This document shows, in pieces, positions 12,767 through 26,042 of a stretch of DNA of 64,000 bases. Origin of the DNA: Chrysomallon squamiferum. Its lineage: Eukaryota > Animalia > Mollusca. The stretch's first letter is position 1, and each line of letters begins with the position of its first letter. Made by a program: the position numbers and the translations under genes. The stretch is from the NCBI GenBank assembly GCA_012295275.1, contig CM022670.1, positions 33,790,001-33,854,000 of the forward strand, given 5' to 3'. The notes under the pieces were generated by a model that was not told where the DNA came from, searched no databases, and worked only from the letters and a program-made list of their open reading frames with translations.

Positions 12767-15700
12767 ATGTTTTATTTAGTGGGTTTAGGGCTTGGTGATG
12801 TTAAAGATATAACAGTTCAGGGATTAGAAATCGTTAAAAAATCAAAACGAGTATATTTAGAAGCGTACACATCAGTCTTGCCAGGCGGACAGGTAGCTTT
12901 GGTAAGGTTTCATCACTGCAACTTGAAAGAATAATCGGGTTGCATGTGTGTTTTTAATCAATTATACTGAATTAATGGTGCTAATAAAATGATTAGTAAT
13001 ACTAATAGTAATGCATAATAATAATATTGTGACTGTTTATACCAGAATAAATATGCATGTTATTATTAATATGTATGTATCATTTGTATGTGTATCACTA
13101 TATCATTATTATGATTATATCATATATGTATGTATATATCATTATATGTCACTATGTATGTATGTATATTTAATTCCTATTATTTTTGTTTTATATATAG
13201 TAATTACTAAATTGTAATATTTAATTACATAATTTGTAAATTTTATTTATTATTAAAACATATTTGATTTTTGTTTGTTTGCTGTATATAATTTTTACAT
13301 TATAACATGCTTATTATTTACACTATCACTTCACCTATATTTGTACATATGTGCATATATTTATTTCATTAATTATTAATGCTCAGTTGATACAGTTGTA
13401 ATTATTGTTTCTCTCTTTCTGTTGTTTTATTTGTGTTTTTTGTGTTAAAAGTTTACAAAGAAAAAACAAAGTATAATCAATAAATGTTAAAATTTATGTT
13501 GTCCATTTAATAATTTGAAACTTTGGTAATAATTATACAAAATATTGGGGATAGTTTATTCAAATATATTGATTGAATTATTAATACTTTTTTTTATTGT
13601 TTTTATGTTATTGTTTTTGTTTTGGTTTTGTTTTGTTTTTTTAAATCATCCTCTAAGAAAAACTTTATGTCAAATCAAAATATATTGATTGGTTTGATGT
13701 TTCAGCTTTAGATGTAGAAGAATAAGAGAATGCATTTTTATGTGTATGCATACAAACATGCTGGTATCATTTACCTATTACAAATCTAAAATCTTGATTT
13801 AACAGGAAGAATTTTATGGTCGGAAGGTAATAGCAGCTGACAGAGATACAGTAGAACAGCAGTCTGGTAATATTTAAATTGAATTTTTGTGATTCTCTAG
13901 AGTTTGGTTTCACTTGACTGTTCTGTAATACGTTAAACATTAAACATACAGCAAAAATTGTCATTAGACATTTGATTCCTGATCCTACAGAAGTAAACAG
14001 TGGGTGGAAGGTTTGAGTTAGAAGAAATGGAATTAAACCTTGACTGATATCGTTATAATAGCTAGTAAATATTTATTGTTTTAGAAATTTAGAGCAAATA
14101 ATAAACAGATATGATATACCAAGTAAATATGTATATTTAAAATGCCCTCCTGCATTCAAACTAGGTTTTCAGAATAGGGTATCTACCAGCATTGGAATGG
14201 ACATAGTTTTTATAATGAAATTATTTGTAGCTGTCAGTATGTGGTTTACTGCAGGTGTGTCCATCCTGGATCCAGATTTAACATTGGTTCATGTAATTCG
14301 TGAAAACATTTATTTAAACTGTGGTGTATGTATATGAATGTGTGTGTAGAATTGAACATTTAACAATGAATGATAAAGATGACATTTGTGCTAGTCATTA
14401 ATTGATAAGCACTATTGGGAACATACAATGTATCCTGTTCTGACAGTTGTTTTTATTTGTTGTTTTAGATGAACTGTTAACAGGGGCTGATGTTGAAGAT
14501 GTCACACTACTCGTTGTTGGAGATCCACTTGGGTACACATTTCGATGCTGTAAATTCTTTGAAATATTACACCTTGTTCAAATAGTTTTAATAGAGAAAG
14601 TGAATTTAAAAAAATATATATTTTTATGATTTATGTACTACCACCATTTTTTATTTATATCCTCTGTGATAGATTTATCTGACATTATATTTAGTATAAG
14701 TTGTAAATAAATCAGTAAACCAGTCCAACTGAAACTTGTATCAGCCAGATATAACTCATTAACTGGAATGGAATTTAATAAATTGTTTCTCAGTATTGTC
14801 ATAATTTCAGTATTTTTCAGTTTGCAATTTAAAATATGGAATATAAAAATAATGCCTGTTTATATGTAATTCTGAATAACTGATGAAATGTAATTCTAAA
14901 ATGTTTTGTTTAATTAAAGTGCAACCACACATACAGACCTAATTTTGAGGGCAGTGGAAAGAAATATTCCATATCGAGTAGTACACAATGCCTCCATAAT
15001 GAATGCTATTGGTTGCTGTGGACTGCAGGTAAATTAACAAAAGTTATTTTTTTCAAGAACTTATATTTTTAGTATTTTAATTATTACCTAAAATCACTGA
15101 AACTACAAGGTTTTTAAAAACAAATGAGAAAAAATGAAGTTAACAGCAAGATTATTGTACAAATACAGTAAAGTTTCATTTGCATGTTACTGAATGAACA
15201 GTTTTATTGAAGCCTTGAATAGAAACACTCAAATGGAGAAAATAATATTTTCATCTACAGAAGGGAGTGGAAACTTAATTTTATTTTTATTGAATTTCAG
15301 ACAACAATCAGTTACGTTATTTTTGATGTATAAATTACATAATGTACATATTATTAAAATTAAATTGTCTTTCTTAACCAAATTAGGCTGAATACCACTG
15401 TTTTCAAGATGAAACAAGTATCATTAAAAAGAAACAAAGATTAACAAAAACAGGATGGATCTGTTTTTTCTACATCAAGATAGTGTTTTCATTACTATAA
15501 TAAGGTACAAAAACAAAATAAAAAATTTAATTCCTGATCATTATTTCATATTTAATTGAAGCTTTACACATTTGGAGAGACTGTGTCGATAGTGTTTTGG
15601 ACTGATACCTGGCGACCTCACAGTTTCTTTGACAAGATTGCTGCAAATAAAGAAAGAGGACTGCACACACTCTGTTTACTGGGTACCATTTTATCACTTG

Positions 15701-17513
15701 TATATATTTCTTACTTTGATTCAGCCTTTAAAATTACCTAGATTTACTTCTAATTATATATAAAATACAATAGTCAGTGTAAGCAGTCACAACAACCAAA
15801 TCATGCAAACCTTTTTAGCTAATTAGATCAATAATTACTATTTTTTTTTTTTTTTTTTTTTATTGATATAGATATGTATAAAATATTCATGCATTTCTTT
15901 GATAATGAAATCCTGAGAGCTTTTAATGTTCCAAATAATGTTTTGTTTGTTTTACTGTTTGTAAATGCTGCTTTTTATCAAATTATTTATGTACCATTTC
16001 ATTATTAAATCTCATGATCAGTATGTGGCGGGGAATGAGAATTAAAAATTAAAGCTCAGAATACATTTGAAAAATAAATAAAAATTGTCCTTTTCAATTA
16101 TTAAATAGACCCATAAATTATTATTATTATTATTATTATTTTTTTTTTTTGATATTTCATTATTTTTTGATTTGCTAAACATATTATTATTATTATTACA
16201 TTATTTATTTTATTAAACTAATAATTTGTTTGTTTTTCAGATATTAAAATGAAAGAACAGACTATTGAAAACCTGATGAAGTAGGTTTTCTAGATATTAT
16301 CTTAGATTAGTTCTTTTCAAAACATTATTTAGACAAAAGTTACACCAGCAGTGGAGAATATGTTTTGCAATGCAAAAAATCTTTGCTTTTCTTATTATTT
16401 TTCTCAGTAAATTAATCTATTATTAACTATAAAGGTAACTGTAAATCTACTGGTTGATCTGTATTTGTGTGCTGCATATATGTTAACTGTTTGTAACTAA
16501 TTTAAAACAATTTGTTTAGAATATAAAAACTATTTTTGATTTCTCACAGATAGATCAAATCATGTTTTACTTTCCTTTAATTATTTTATTTTTCTCTTTA
16601 TTTTAGAGGTCGACCAATTTATGAGCCACCTAGATTTATGATGGCCAGTCAGGCAGCAGAACAGATAATTGAAATTATTGAAAAGAAGAGAGAAGAAAGT
16701 GAGAACTATGGTATGTTTTTCTTATTTTAACTTTTGAGGAGTGAACTCTAGTTCCAGGAATTTGTTGCTTTAGATACAATTGATCACAAAATCAGGCAAT
16801 CCTGGTGAACCCATTGGACTGTTTTCCATTTAGGCCAGTGTTGCACAACTGTTTTTTTTCTTAAATCATATGTTTTCCTACTGGAATGGTACATTTGAAA
16901 GATCCCTTGTGGTAACAGATCAGTGAAATAGCAAGTTTCCTCATTACAAAAGAAAAATGTTACTGGTTGAGGATTCCTTATCTGAAATGCTTTGGAACAG
17001 TAGTGGTTCAGGTTTGAGAATGTTTGACTCACATCTGATGTAGATAGCCTACAAGTATTTTTGTATAATGTTTTTAATAATTTTGTGCATGGAATAAAGT
17101 TAGTATATTCTAAGCCATAGAAAAACTGCTGCTCAAATTAAAGTTCAGATTTCAAAGCTTAAGTTGAGGGATCCTCAACCTGTACTGGTCAGCAGACACA
17201 AACCATAATATTTAAATGTGTTGTGATGTCAGGATATTTAAAACATTTCATGCAAGTGTTATTGTTAAATATTTTTTAATGAACCTTTTTTCTCTCCCCA
17301 GTTTTATCAGAAGACTCAGTCTGTGTTGGACTAGCTCGTGTTGGTTTAGAAAGTCAGAAAATTGTTGCTGCTACACTGAAGCAGATGACCTCAATTGACC
17401 TGGGTGGTCCACTTCATTCATTAATAATTCCAGGAAATTTACATCCATTAGAAAAGGACATGCTTAGACTTTTTGCTTTGGATGACAATGTTCGGAATCA
17501 GCTGAAAAGCTAG
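12767..17513 (+). CDS. DPH5: Diphthine methyl ester synthase, 8 coding exons, ~281 aa
   Basis: Exons 12767-12901, 13806-13866, 14469-14532, 14920-15028, 15562-15682, 16241-16280, 16607-16710, 17302-17513, all GT-AG and in frame (846 nt). Translation [101 protein letters not shown] matches the DPH5 family. AATAAA at ~17525. Confidence 0.97.
16963..17182 (+). mobile_element. Tigger/pogo-type MITE (Tigger4/Zombi-like) in DPH5 intron 7
   Basis: TA-ctggttgaggattcctt ... agggatcctcaacctg-TA: terminal inverted repeats with TA target-site duplications. The internal sequence is shared with the copy at 21657. Confidence 0.8.
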
Positions 17514-18665
17514 CACATAATCTTAATAAAATGTCAAAATGTTCTTCTTTTTTTAATTCACAAGACATCTTTGTAGTTTTAATAGTGGTAACAGTAATAA
17601 GAAAATATGCAAAAAAGATAAGACCAGCTCTCGTTTCACATAAAGAAAACCTTTTTCTTTTCTTTAAAAAAAAATAACAACTGTCAGCACATTTAGTAGT
17701 TTTAATGGTAAAACAATATAAACAAAATAATTAGACTTTAACTGAAAAGAAGCCAGCACATAAAACATTTGGCTTACTGTAACACTGTTACGGTTTTACT
17801 TTTATTATTATAAAAATCTGAGTGGAAATGAATTTCAAGCAGCTAAATTAAGCAAATATGCAGTGCCTAAAATCTAAGAAAATACAACAGAAAAACAATA
17901 TATATTAAAACTGATTTTATATTACAATCCTCAATATTGTAGAGATTCATCAAAGTCATTATAAATAGCATTTGGGATTCACACACACAAACAAATTCAC
18001 AGATTTGATCAATCACAATTATTTTCATATAACAAAATGTTTATTAAACATGGGAGGACAAATATTTAAGAAAAAAAAAATGTTTACTGCAATCTGAAAT
18101 TAAAATCCACACCAATATTTCACTAAAAAGTTTTGTAAAATGAGAATTCAGAGGTATTTGTCATGGGTCATGCAACAAACAACATTTCAAAATAAAATTA
18201 TCTTAACATTTTAACAATGATTTGCTTTGTTTTCACAACAACAACTTGTGTAATGTTTCCTTTGAAGTAGCAAAATAATTATTTGGTGAGATGAGCCAGT
18301 TAAAGCTGTTTTCCAAAAAGAAATGTAAAGAAACATCTGATGGAATGTTTTACCATGCCTAAAATTTATCTGCAGCTGTCTTTAAAGTCCATGATTAGTT
18401 GTTAGATAATTGTTAAGTATTTAACTGCAACTGTATTAATAAAGCACATTGTTAATATGATGCTCTAGAAAGTTAAAATTAACCAAAATATTAAAATAAC
18501 TTGTTATATATGAAGTAGTTATTAATGAGTCAACATCTGTTTTCACACCACACACTCACAGGGATGTACATTATTTGACTGACTATTATAGTACGTGACC
18601 AAAATCAACGTCACTTGCGTAATTTTCACACCTATGTTCACAACTGCATCCATCTTGACAAAATT

Positions 18666-21600
18666 TTAGTCAAACGAAACGGTTCTCAAGGCATCGTCAT
18701 CATGTATTTCCAGTGTTGCTATTGCACCATCATTAAATTTAAAAGAAGATCCACCATCTACAACTAAACAGGCATCCCACATTCGAGACAAAATTGACAA
18801 CCTGAAAAACATAAGATGAAAGAAATGTTGGAATTATTGATTTTATATGGAAAATGATGTTAATTTTTTTTTTTTTTTTTAAAAGATACTTTGTTTTTAT
18901 ATACAAATTATATTTTAATTTAATAGAATGGTTAACTTAAAGAAAGAAAACGAGGAAAAAGGCAATAAATCTCAGAATTATAAGCAAATATTTTAAAAAC
19001 AGTATGGGTTTTAATGTAAATGTATTTAAATTATTAATTATTTCTTTTAGCCAAACATACCTGTTTGCAAATCCTCGTGGCTTTGTAACTTGAAAAACTC
19101 CTGAAATTGAAAAGACCAGCCAATTTATATCACTTTCCATTTGAAAATATATGCAACAATTTGTTTTGTTTTTGTTTTATTTGTTTAATTTTTAATTTGC
19201 TATTATTTTTTATTTCTTGTAGCTAACAAATTACAAAACAAAAAAATTAAAATATATATCATATTCTCATTTTAAGGGAAAAAGTCGTTAGTTAAGTTGT
19301 TAATCATAACAATATCTATTAAAGCCCCATCACAGAACATTTACATTGTACATTAGGTCAGTTTGTTGTATAGAAAGTATCACAAGGATGGAATATTTCT
19401 TAATCATTCAAGTGTGTACCTGTGTTACCCTAATATCATTTCTAATGTGACTGTACATGTTGTAACTTGCAGTAAAGTTGCAAACCTGTACCTGTGATTG
19501 TCAGTTTGCTTCTTCCAAAACCAACTGTTTAAAGGGACAATAACAAAATTTAAAGCATACAAAACCCCTACCGTTTACAACTGGATCTCTGATAGTAAAA
19601 GCCATCCTAAGTTCTGATGCATCAAAACAAAGAGAGCTGTTGAAGTCTCTGGCTATTCTTTGAAGTAGATCTTTGTCACATGTTGGAAAACTTGTTCCTG
19701 CATGTTTGTTAGCTGGAAAATAATAAATTAATTAATTAAAAAAAAAAAAAAATTTTAAACAAACAATGCAATAGAACATGTTAATTGATCTTATGAAGAT
19801 ATCTCAGTTCTAGTTTTTGTGCCAGTTAATTAAAAAGGCAAATAACAGCTGTATTAGATACACTAGAAATTGTTGAAATATGAATAACATTTGATATGTG
19901 TACTGGAATAAAACGATGGTGCTACTGAAGAAGATTTCATGGCAACATTTTCTGTTGGTCCAGATATTAAAATATTATTAATATACATTTTGCTATTAAT
20001 ATACATAAGTAATTTAAAAAAATATATAAAAACATTTTAAGGATTATTTAAGATGCATTCACAGACATTCTCAGCAGATATGACAGACAGTGAACTGATT
20101 TTTCAGATCTTGATTTCCTCCCACTCAACTGTGGTTTGGTTACCTGTACTAAGAATGTCTTTAACTGCTTCAATATGAATTTGGTTGATATTAAAATACC
20201 ATGAACTGGAACCCGTTCCAGTGCAGATGGTAATTCCAGAACTTTTCTGCTTTTCTCCTGGTGAGTCATCTACAGCAAATTCATAGTAAGAAACTCTATA
20301 ATGGTAAACATTATTTTTATTACATTCAGTCTTTTAAAAAGGTATATCATTTTCATTATCATTGTTTAATTTAAGTTTAATTTTTTCAAAGGAATAAAAT
20401 ATTAATGAATATGACATAATATTAAATAATTATTCTTTCAAGTTTATAGTAATGAGAATAAAAGTGCATGCACTGAAGTAATTTATTAAAATGACTAATA
20501 ATTAAAAATATTCCCTTGAAGACAAAGACTCTCCTATAAAAACTTCGTTCAGAGCAAGAACTGGAAGAATTTTTGTTTTACACTGTTCTTCTGATAGATG
20601 TCCATGCTGCCTCACTTCATGCATTTCGTATTCATGAATATGCTCAGTAAAGCGATGCTCCATGCATTCCAGCTGTTGGTCATGCAGTTCTATGGGATCA
20701 TCATCAGCATGGAAACCAGACATTGTAATTCGTATTCTGTTACGCCACTTCCAGCTGAAAATCACAGCCACAGACAAAACTTCAACTATCACAAATCAAA
20801 TTCAAATCAATAGATGTGTTATAAAAATAGTATTAAAGGAGTGTAAGTTTTTTTTATAAATAGGTTTACTGTGGAACAGTTACCTTTTCACTGTTATTGT
20901 TATTCTCATTATTATAAACTAAAATGAATGATTATTTAATTAATATTATTCTTAGCAATTTACAAATTATTATAATTTAACTTTAATGCCATTAACATTC
21001 AGATACATGTCAAAGTATTTACTGTTATTTCTATTTTTGAGATTTTAAAAAAAATATTAAGCTGACATAGGAACAAATACATTTCAACAACATAATTTAA
21101 AACTTCTCTTTTAGTTTTATTGACAATGATCCATTTACAAAGGAATGGCACATCTAAATTTTCATGATATTAATATAATAAATTATTTGTTAACTACTGT
21201 ACCTGAAATCACCTTGTAACAGTCTCCTTAGTGCTGCCTCAAAGTTGAGTGCTGCATATTCTTTTTTAGGTAGTAACAAACATCCTTCTGATCTGAAATA
21301 ATAAATAGTGCAAATATATATATAAATATAATAATTAATATATTTTAATTTAAATAACTTTTTTGTGCTATTCACAGATATTACTCAGCATTTTGAATGG
21401 AAGATTGTTTTTTAAAAATATTTATTTATTTTATAAAATCAAATATTCTTTTCACTTTTCAAAAATAAATACATCTGAACATTTTTTATTTATTTCTTTA
21501 ATATCTGTATCCTTAACCTATTACTTAGATGTAGTGGATGCTTGAAGACATTTCAGATATCTTAGCTGAAAGTCATGGCTGAATATAAAAAGATCATGAA

Positions 21601-22459
21601 TGTATTGTGAAGCCAATGTTAATATCTGGAAGTTATTAACAGAACAAAAATTAACACAGGCTGAGGATCTGTTATCTGAAATGATTGGGATAGAAAGTGT
21701 TTTGGATTTTGAAATAAAATGAAATAGCCTGAGTATAACATCTGAATCTAAACAAGAAATCCATTTTTGTTCAAATGTACCATATACATAAAGTCTGTAG
21801 ATTTTTGTGTACTAAATGTTTAATAATTTTATCCATGAAATAAAGTTTGTTTATATTTAACAATTTGAAAACTATAAGATATTCTTTTTGAAGAGATTTT
21901 AAAGGTTTCTGAATTTCAGAATCCTCATCCTGTAATTGACTACCTTACCTGTCAGGGTCAGTGTTTAGTCCTATAACAGGTTTGCTTTTATCCAAGATTT
22001 TGCTTGCAGCTAGCAGAAATGTTCCGTCCCCACCAGCAGTGAAAATTACATCAGCCCAATTAATAACATCACTGTTGAAATCAAATCGACTTACAACTCT
22101 CGTCTCTATATTTGAGGCCCTGAAAATAAAAATTATTTTTTGTAACAATATAAAATGGAATTCCAGCAGTTGTTATGTACTGTTAATATATGTATTTAAT
22201 TAAATTAAATTAATTTTAAGAAATGCTGTTAATGAAGTCTGAAAAGATTTTAAATGTGAAATTTATGAATTTAGAAATCTAAATATTATCATAGTGAATA
22301 CAGGGTCATTCAAAAGTCCCACTACACTTTTAAGTTTTATTTAAATGAAAATGGCTTTACAGATTTGAACAAAATTAGTCGTGAACTTTCTATAGACTGC
22401 TTCATAGACTTCAATGTGCATGACCTTGTTTTATAAAATGAAATATTTTGTCTTTTTTT

Positions 22460-22490
<31 letters not shown>

Positions 22491-23149
22491 TATATATAGA
22501 GGCTTTGAATATCTTACTCAAGATTTTTCTTGATGATTTCTAAAGCCTGGAAGTGATTTCTGTGTCGTTCTAACAGAACTTTGTAGTCTGAATGCTTTAA
22601 ATCAAGCTGCAAATAAACAAATTTCACTTTGACAAAACAATATGATGAATATCTTGGCCTATATATAATATATGATAATATTAATTTGCTATTTGAAACC
22701 ATTAAATTAATTAATGAATTTATTTTTTTTTTTTATATTTTTTTTAAATTAAAATTTTGTCCATATCCTGAATTTCTGTGACGAATCTTTATATGAATCT
22801 GGATTGGAAAATGAAATATATGCTCATCATATGACATTAAGTTTTTGCATGTCGATTAACTCTGACTGAAAAAAAAAAAAAAATATATATATTTATCTGA
22901 TTACATAATCACACATACATGTCTCTTTAATTCCTCCTCGCTTTTGGCATTGGAGAGATGCTTTTCGAATTCGTATCGAGTCATTTTCGAAAGAACCGCT
23001 GCTCGTCTTGGTTTGAAATAATTTTTTGTTCCGCCGAAATGCATTGATCTGCTGGGGTAAAACTGGACTGTTTTTGTACATACTGATATGAAGAAAACAG
23101 GATATGAAACCCTACTGCATCTAAAACATATATGTATACAATGGTACAT
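18666..23149 (-). CDS. NADK2: NAD kinase 2, mitochondrial, 9 coding exons, ~429 aa
   Basis: Exons (minus) 23149-22919, 22606-22518, 22119-21949, 21292-21203, 20754-20515, 20295-20144, 19712-19572, 19100-19061, 18801-18666 (1290 nt). Motifs: KMTRYEFE, AGGDGTFLLAASK, GLNTDPDRSEG, ALNEVFIGESLSSR, QKSSGITICTGTGS, SRMWDACLVVDGG, FNDGA. The exon 5 donor is non-canonical (see findings). The start ATG is inferred. Confidence 0.95.
21657..21932 (+). mobile_element. Tigger/pogo-type MITE (Tigger4/Zombi-like) in NADK2 intron 3
   Basis: caggctgaggat ... atcctcatcctg-TA TIRs. Shares ttatctgaaatg and tttaataatttt(g/a)t(g/c)catg(g/a)aataaagtt with the 16963 copy. Confidence 0.75.
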
Positions 23150-23282
23150 AACCACTTCGGATTTCTTTGACCTGATCTTCGATTCCGGATATGAATAGCT
23201 TTCGGTATCGGTCGATAATCATCGTGTTATCCCGTACTTTTTCAGCGTAAGTACATTTTATTTCCATTTAACTTAATCATAA

Positions 23283-23324
<42 letters not shown>

Positions 23325-23658
23325 TCATATTTTTAGTTACTTATATAATTTTTAATGAAACATGATACGAGTAGCTGAGTAGGCTGTACAGTGTGACACT
23401 GTGACTGAGTGTGAGTATTATTACAAATAGTGAAATAATGAAATAATTATATTATTATATGTAATAATAAAAGTATCCTAATAAATTATCAGGTTTTTCC
23501 AGCTAATTTACTGGCCTGTATGAATAATATTTCCACTTTTAATTAATTTTTTAATTTAATCATCACCACTGGTTTCAACAGAAAATATCGCGAAGACGAT
23601 CTGGGGACAGTTGATTCACTTACTAATACCTGAGCATGAGATGCATCCACTTCTCTGA

Positions 23659-23711
<53 letters not shown>

Positions 23712-26010
23712 TAATAATAAATTGTTTCTCAAATAATATTCTTTAGTGCAAAGTAAATTAGTTATGAATTAAAAATTAAACAGAAAGTATAAGAATTAAA
23801 TTAATTTGTATTCAGGGATAAATGTAATGATAAAAGTATTTCTTTATGAATAATTAACTCTGGCTTCCCACATATATTTGTAGAATTCAAACTGCATCTT
23901 TTTATGTTCTTCTTTTTTTATTTCCCATATTTAGTTGCCATAATTAATCTTTGAAACTGAAATTTTCTTCACAGTTTTGTTATTCAGATATGAAGTTTGT
24001 GAAACTAAATTATAATTAGTTTGTAAAATAATTTTCCAAAACTGTCTATTTAATGCCTGCTTTCAGATGCGAAAGTTCAAAGTGCTCTGTCTACACTATA
24101 CAGATTACATATTAATAATCAGTGAAGAAGAAAACAAAGTACAGGTTATTCTAAATGTAAAAAAGAAAGGAACAGACAAATTTTTAAAAAAAGGAAAATG
24201 TTTATTCCATTCCCATTAAATGTATGCATTGTTTATACAATTCCTTCACCGTAACAAACATAAGTAAATACAAATTGCCGTATTTTTTTTTTTTCCACAC
24301 CATTAAATATTCTTTTATTTCTTTTTAAACAATGAGGTGGCAGAAAAAATAAATTGTAAAATAAAATAAAATAAATAAAAATAAAATAAAAAATAAGATT
24401 TGCAGTTAAAAGATAAACTATTAAAGAATTTTTATGGTGACATCTGAAAAAATGTTAAGATGATTAACACATGCAGTTCTTATTCACTGAACAATGTAGA
24501 TGAAAAGGGTATTTAAGTCAGCAAATTTGAGTTTTTCTGGGTTTTTATATATATTATTTTATTTTTTAAATCTATTTTCCTGTTAAAAATCACCAGCTAG
24601 CAACTGTTACATTCATATATTTCTTGATAAATAAGCTGAGAAATAAATACTAATCAAAAATGTCTACTGGGTACCCTGACTTTAGAAAACAAAATTAAAA
24701 ATGAATAATTTTATTTTGCAGTCTGTTTTTAAATATAATGGTTGTAAGATCATTTCTCTGTTAGAAATGCCAGAAAATTGTAAGAAAGGAGATCAAATTT
24801 GACTAGATGCAAATATTAACAAGTTCACTATCATATGAATGCATCTTTTCGGTATGGAATGGCTAATGTTGTTAAATTACCTACTCAGGTGAATACACCT
24901 GTACACCTTTCCACGTACTCATGACACAATATTTGTATATTATATATTTATATATAAGAATATATATACAGATCTGTCTATGCTTTAAATATTTTCATAT
25001 ACATACAAGTCATAATGGGCAGTTAAAAAAAAAACATTTTTCGGTACATTTAAAAGAAAGGGCACATTCATTGACAAATTCTGTTTAAACAAATACCCAG
25101 CTGCTTAAACAATTTTATTAGCATATTTTAAAAAATAGTTAAGCAACTTTTCCAATGGTGTACCTTTAAAAATTGTAGCACCAAATGCAAAAACAAATTT
25201 ATGTGTTATTTGCATGCTGTTTCTTATAATTCTATCTACTATATACAATGTTGTTTTCAGTGTACATTACTGAAACAGCTTTCTCAAAATATTTCTGATT
25301 TTTACATGTTGTTGTAATCACAATCGAATAACATAATTTTTGTTTATTTCAGTGATTCTGCAGAAAAAAAAAGAAAGAATAAAATGGAGATACACTATAA
25401 ACAAGAATTCAGAATCAAATGTGGAATGTACTGAATAATTAAAATATACATCAAATATGTAAAATTAGTTTTTGGCATTATGTCGTATGCAAAAATAAAC
25501 TAACAAAATGAACATTTAATTTAATGAAGTAATTCATCATGAACATGAAATATAAACAAACATTTAAGGCATTGGAGACAGTTTGTAAATTCTGCATTAT
25601 TTCCAAACTGATCTGCTTTCAATGAAAAAATGTATTTATGCATGATAATTCACATTTAAGACTGCACAAATTACTCAGGAAAAAAGACCTATTTCATTCC
25701 ATCCAGATTTAACCATTTCATAAGAAGTTATATTTTCATTTTGTGTAATTTCGATACTATGTTGTACTTAGGTCTGAAAATTCAGAGGTACAACAAAACA
25801 TTCAGGTTTGCACATGGGTATGCACATGTACACACACATGCACACAAGTACACACAAGCAAGCACACACAAGCAAGCACACACACGCACGCACGCGCACA
25901 CACACACATACACACACACACAGTCTCACCAACAACATGTGACCTTGAAAAGGATTATTTTATGGCAGACTGAATTATATGTTAATATCAAATCAAGTTC
26001 TGGAAAAAAA

Positions 26011-26042
<32 letters not shown>

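Noticed and set aside
22299-22430. Possible Tc1/mariner MITE (tacagggtcatt ... atgaccttg)
   Set aside because: The inverted match is only ~9 bp, with no right TA duplication and no second copy in the window.
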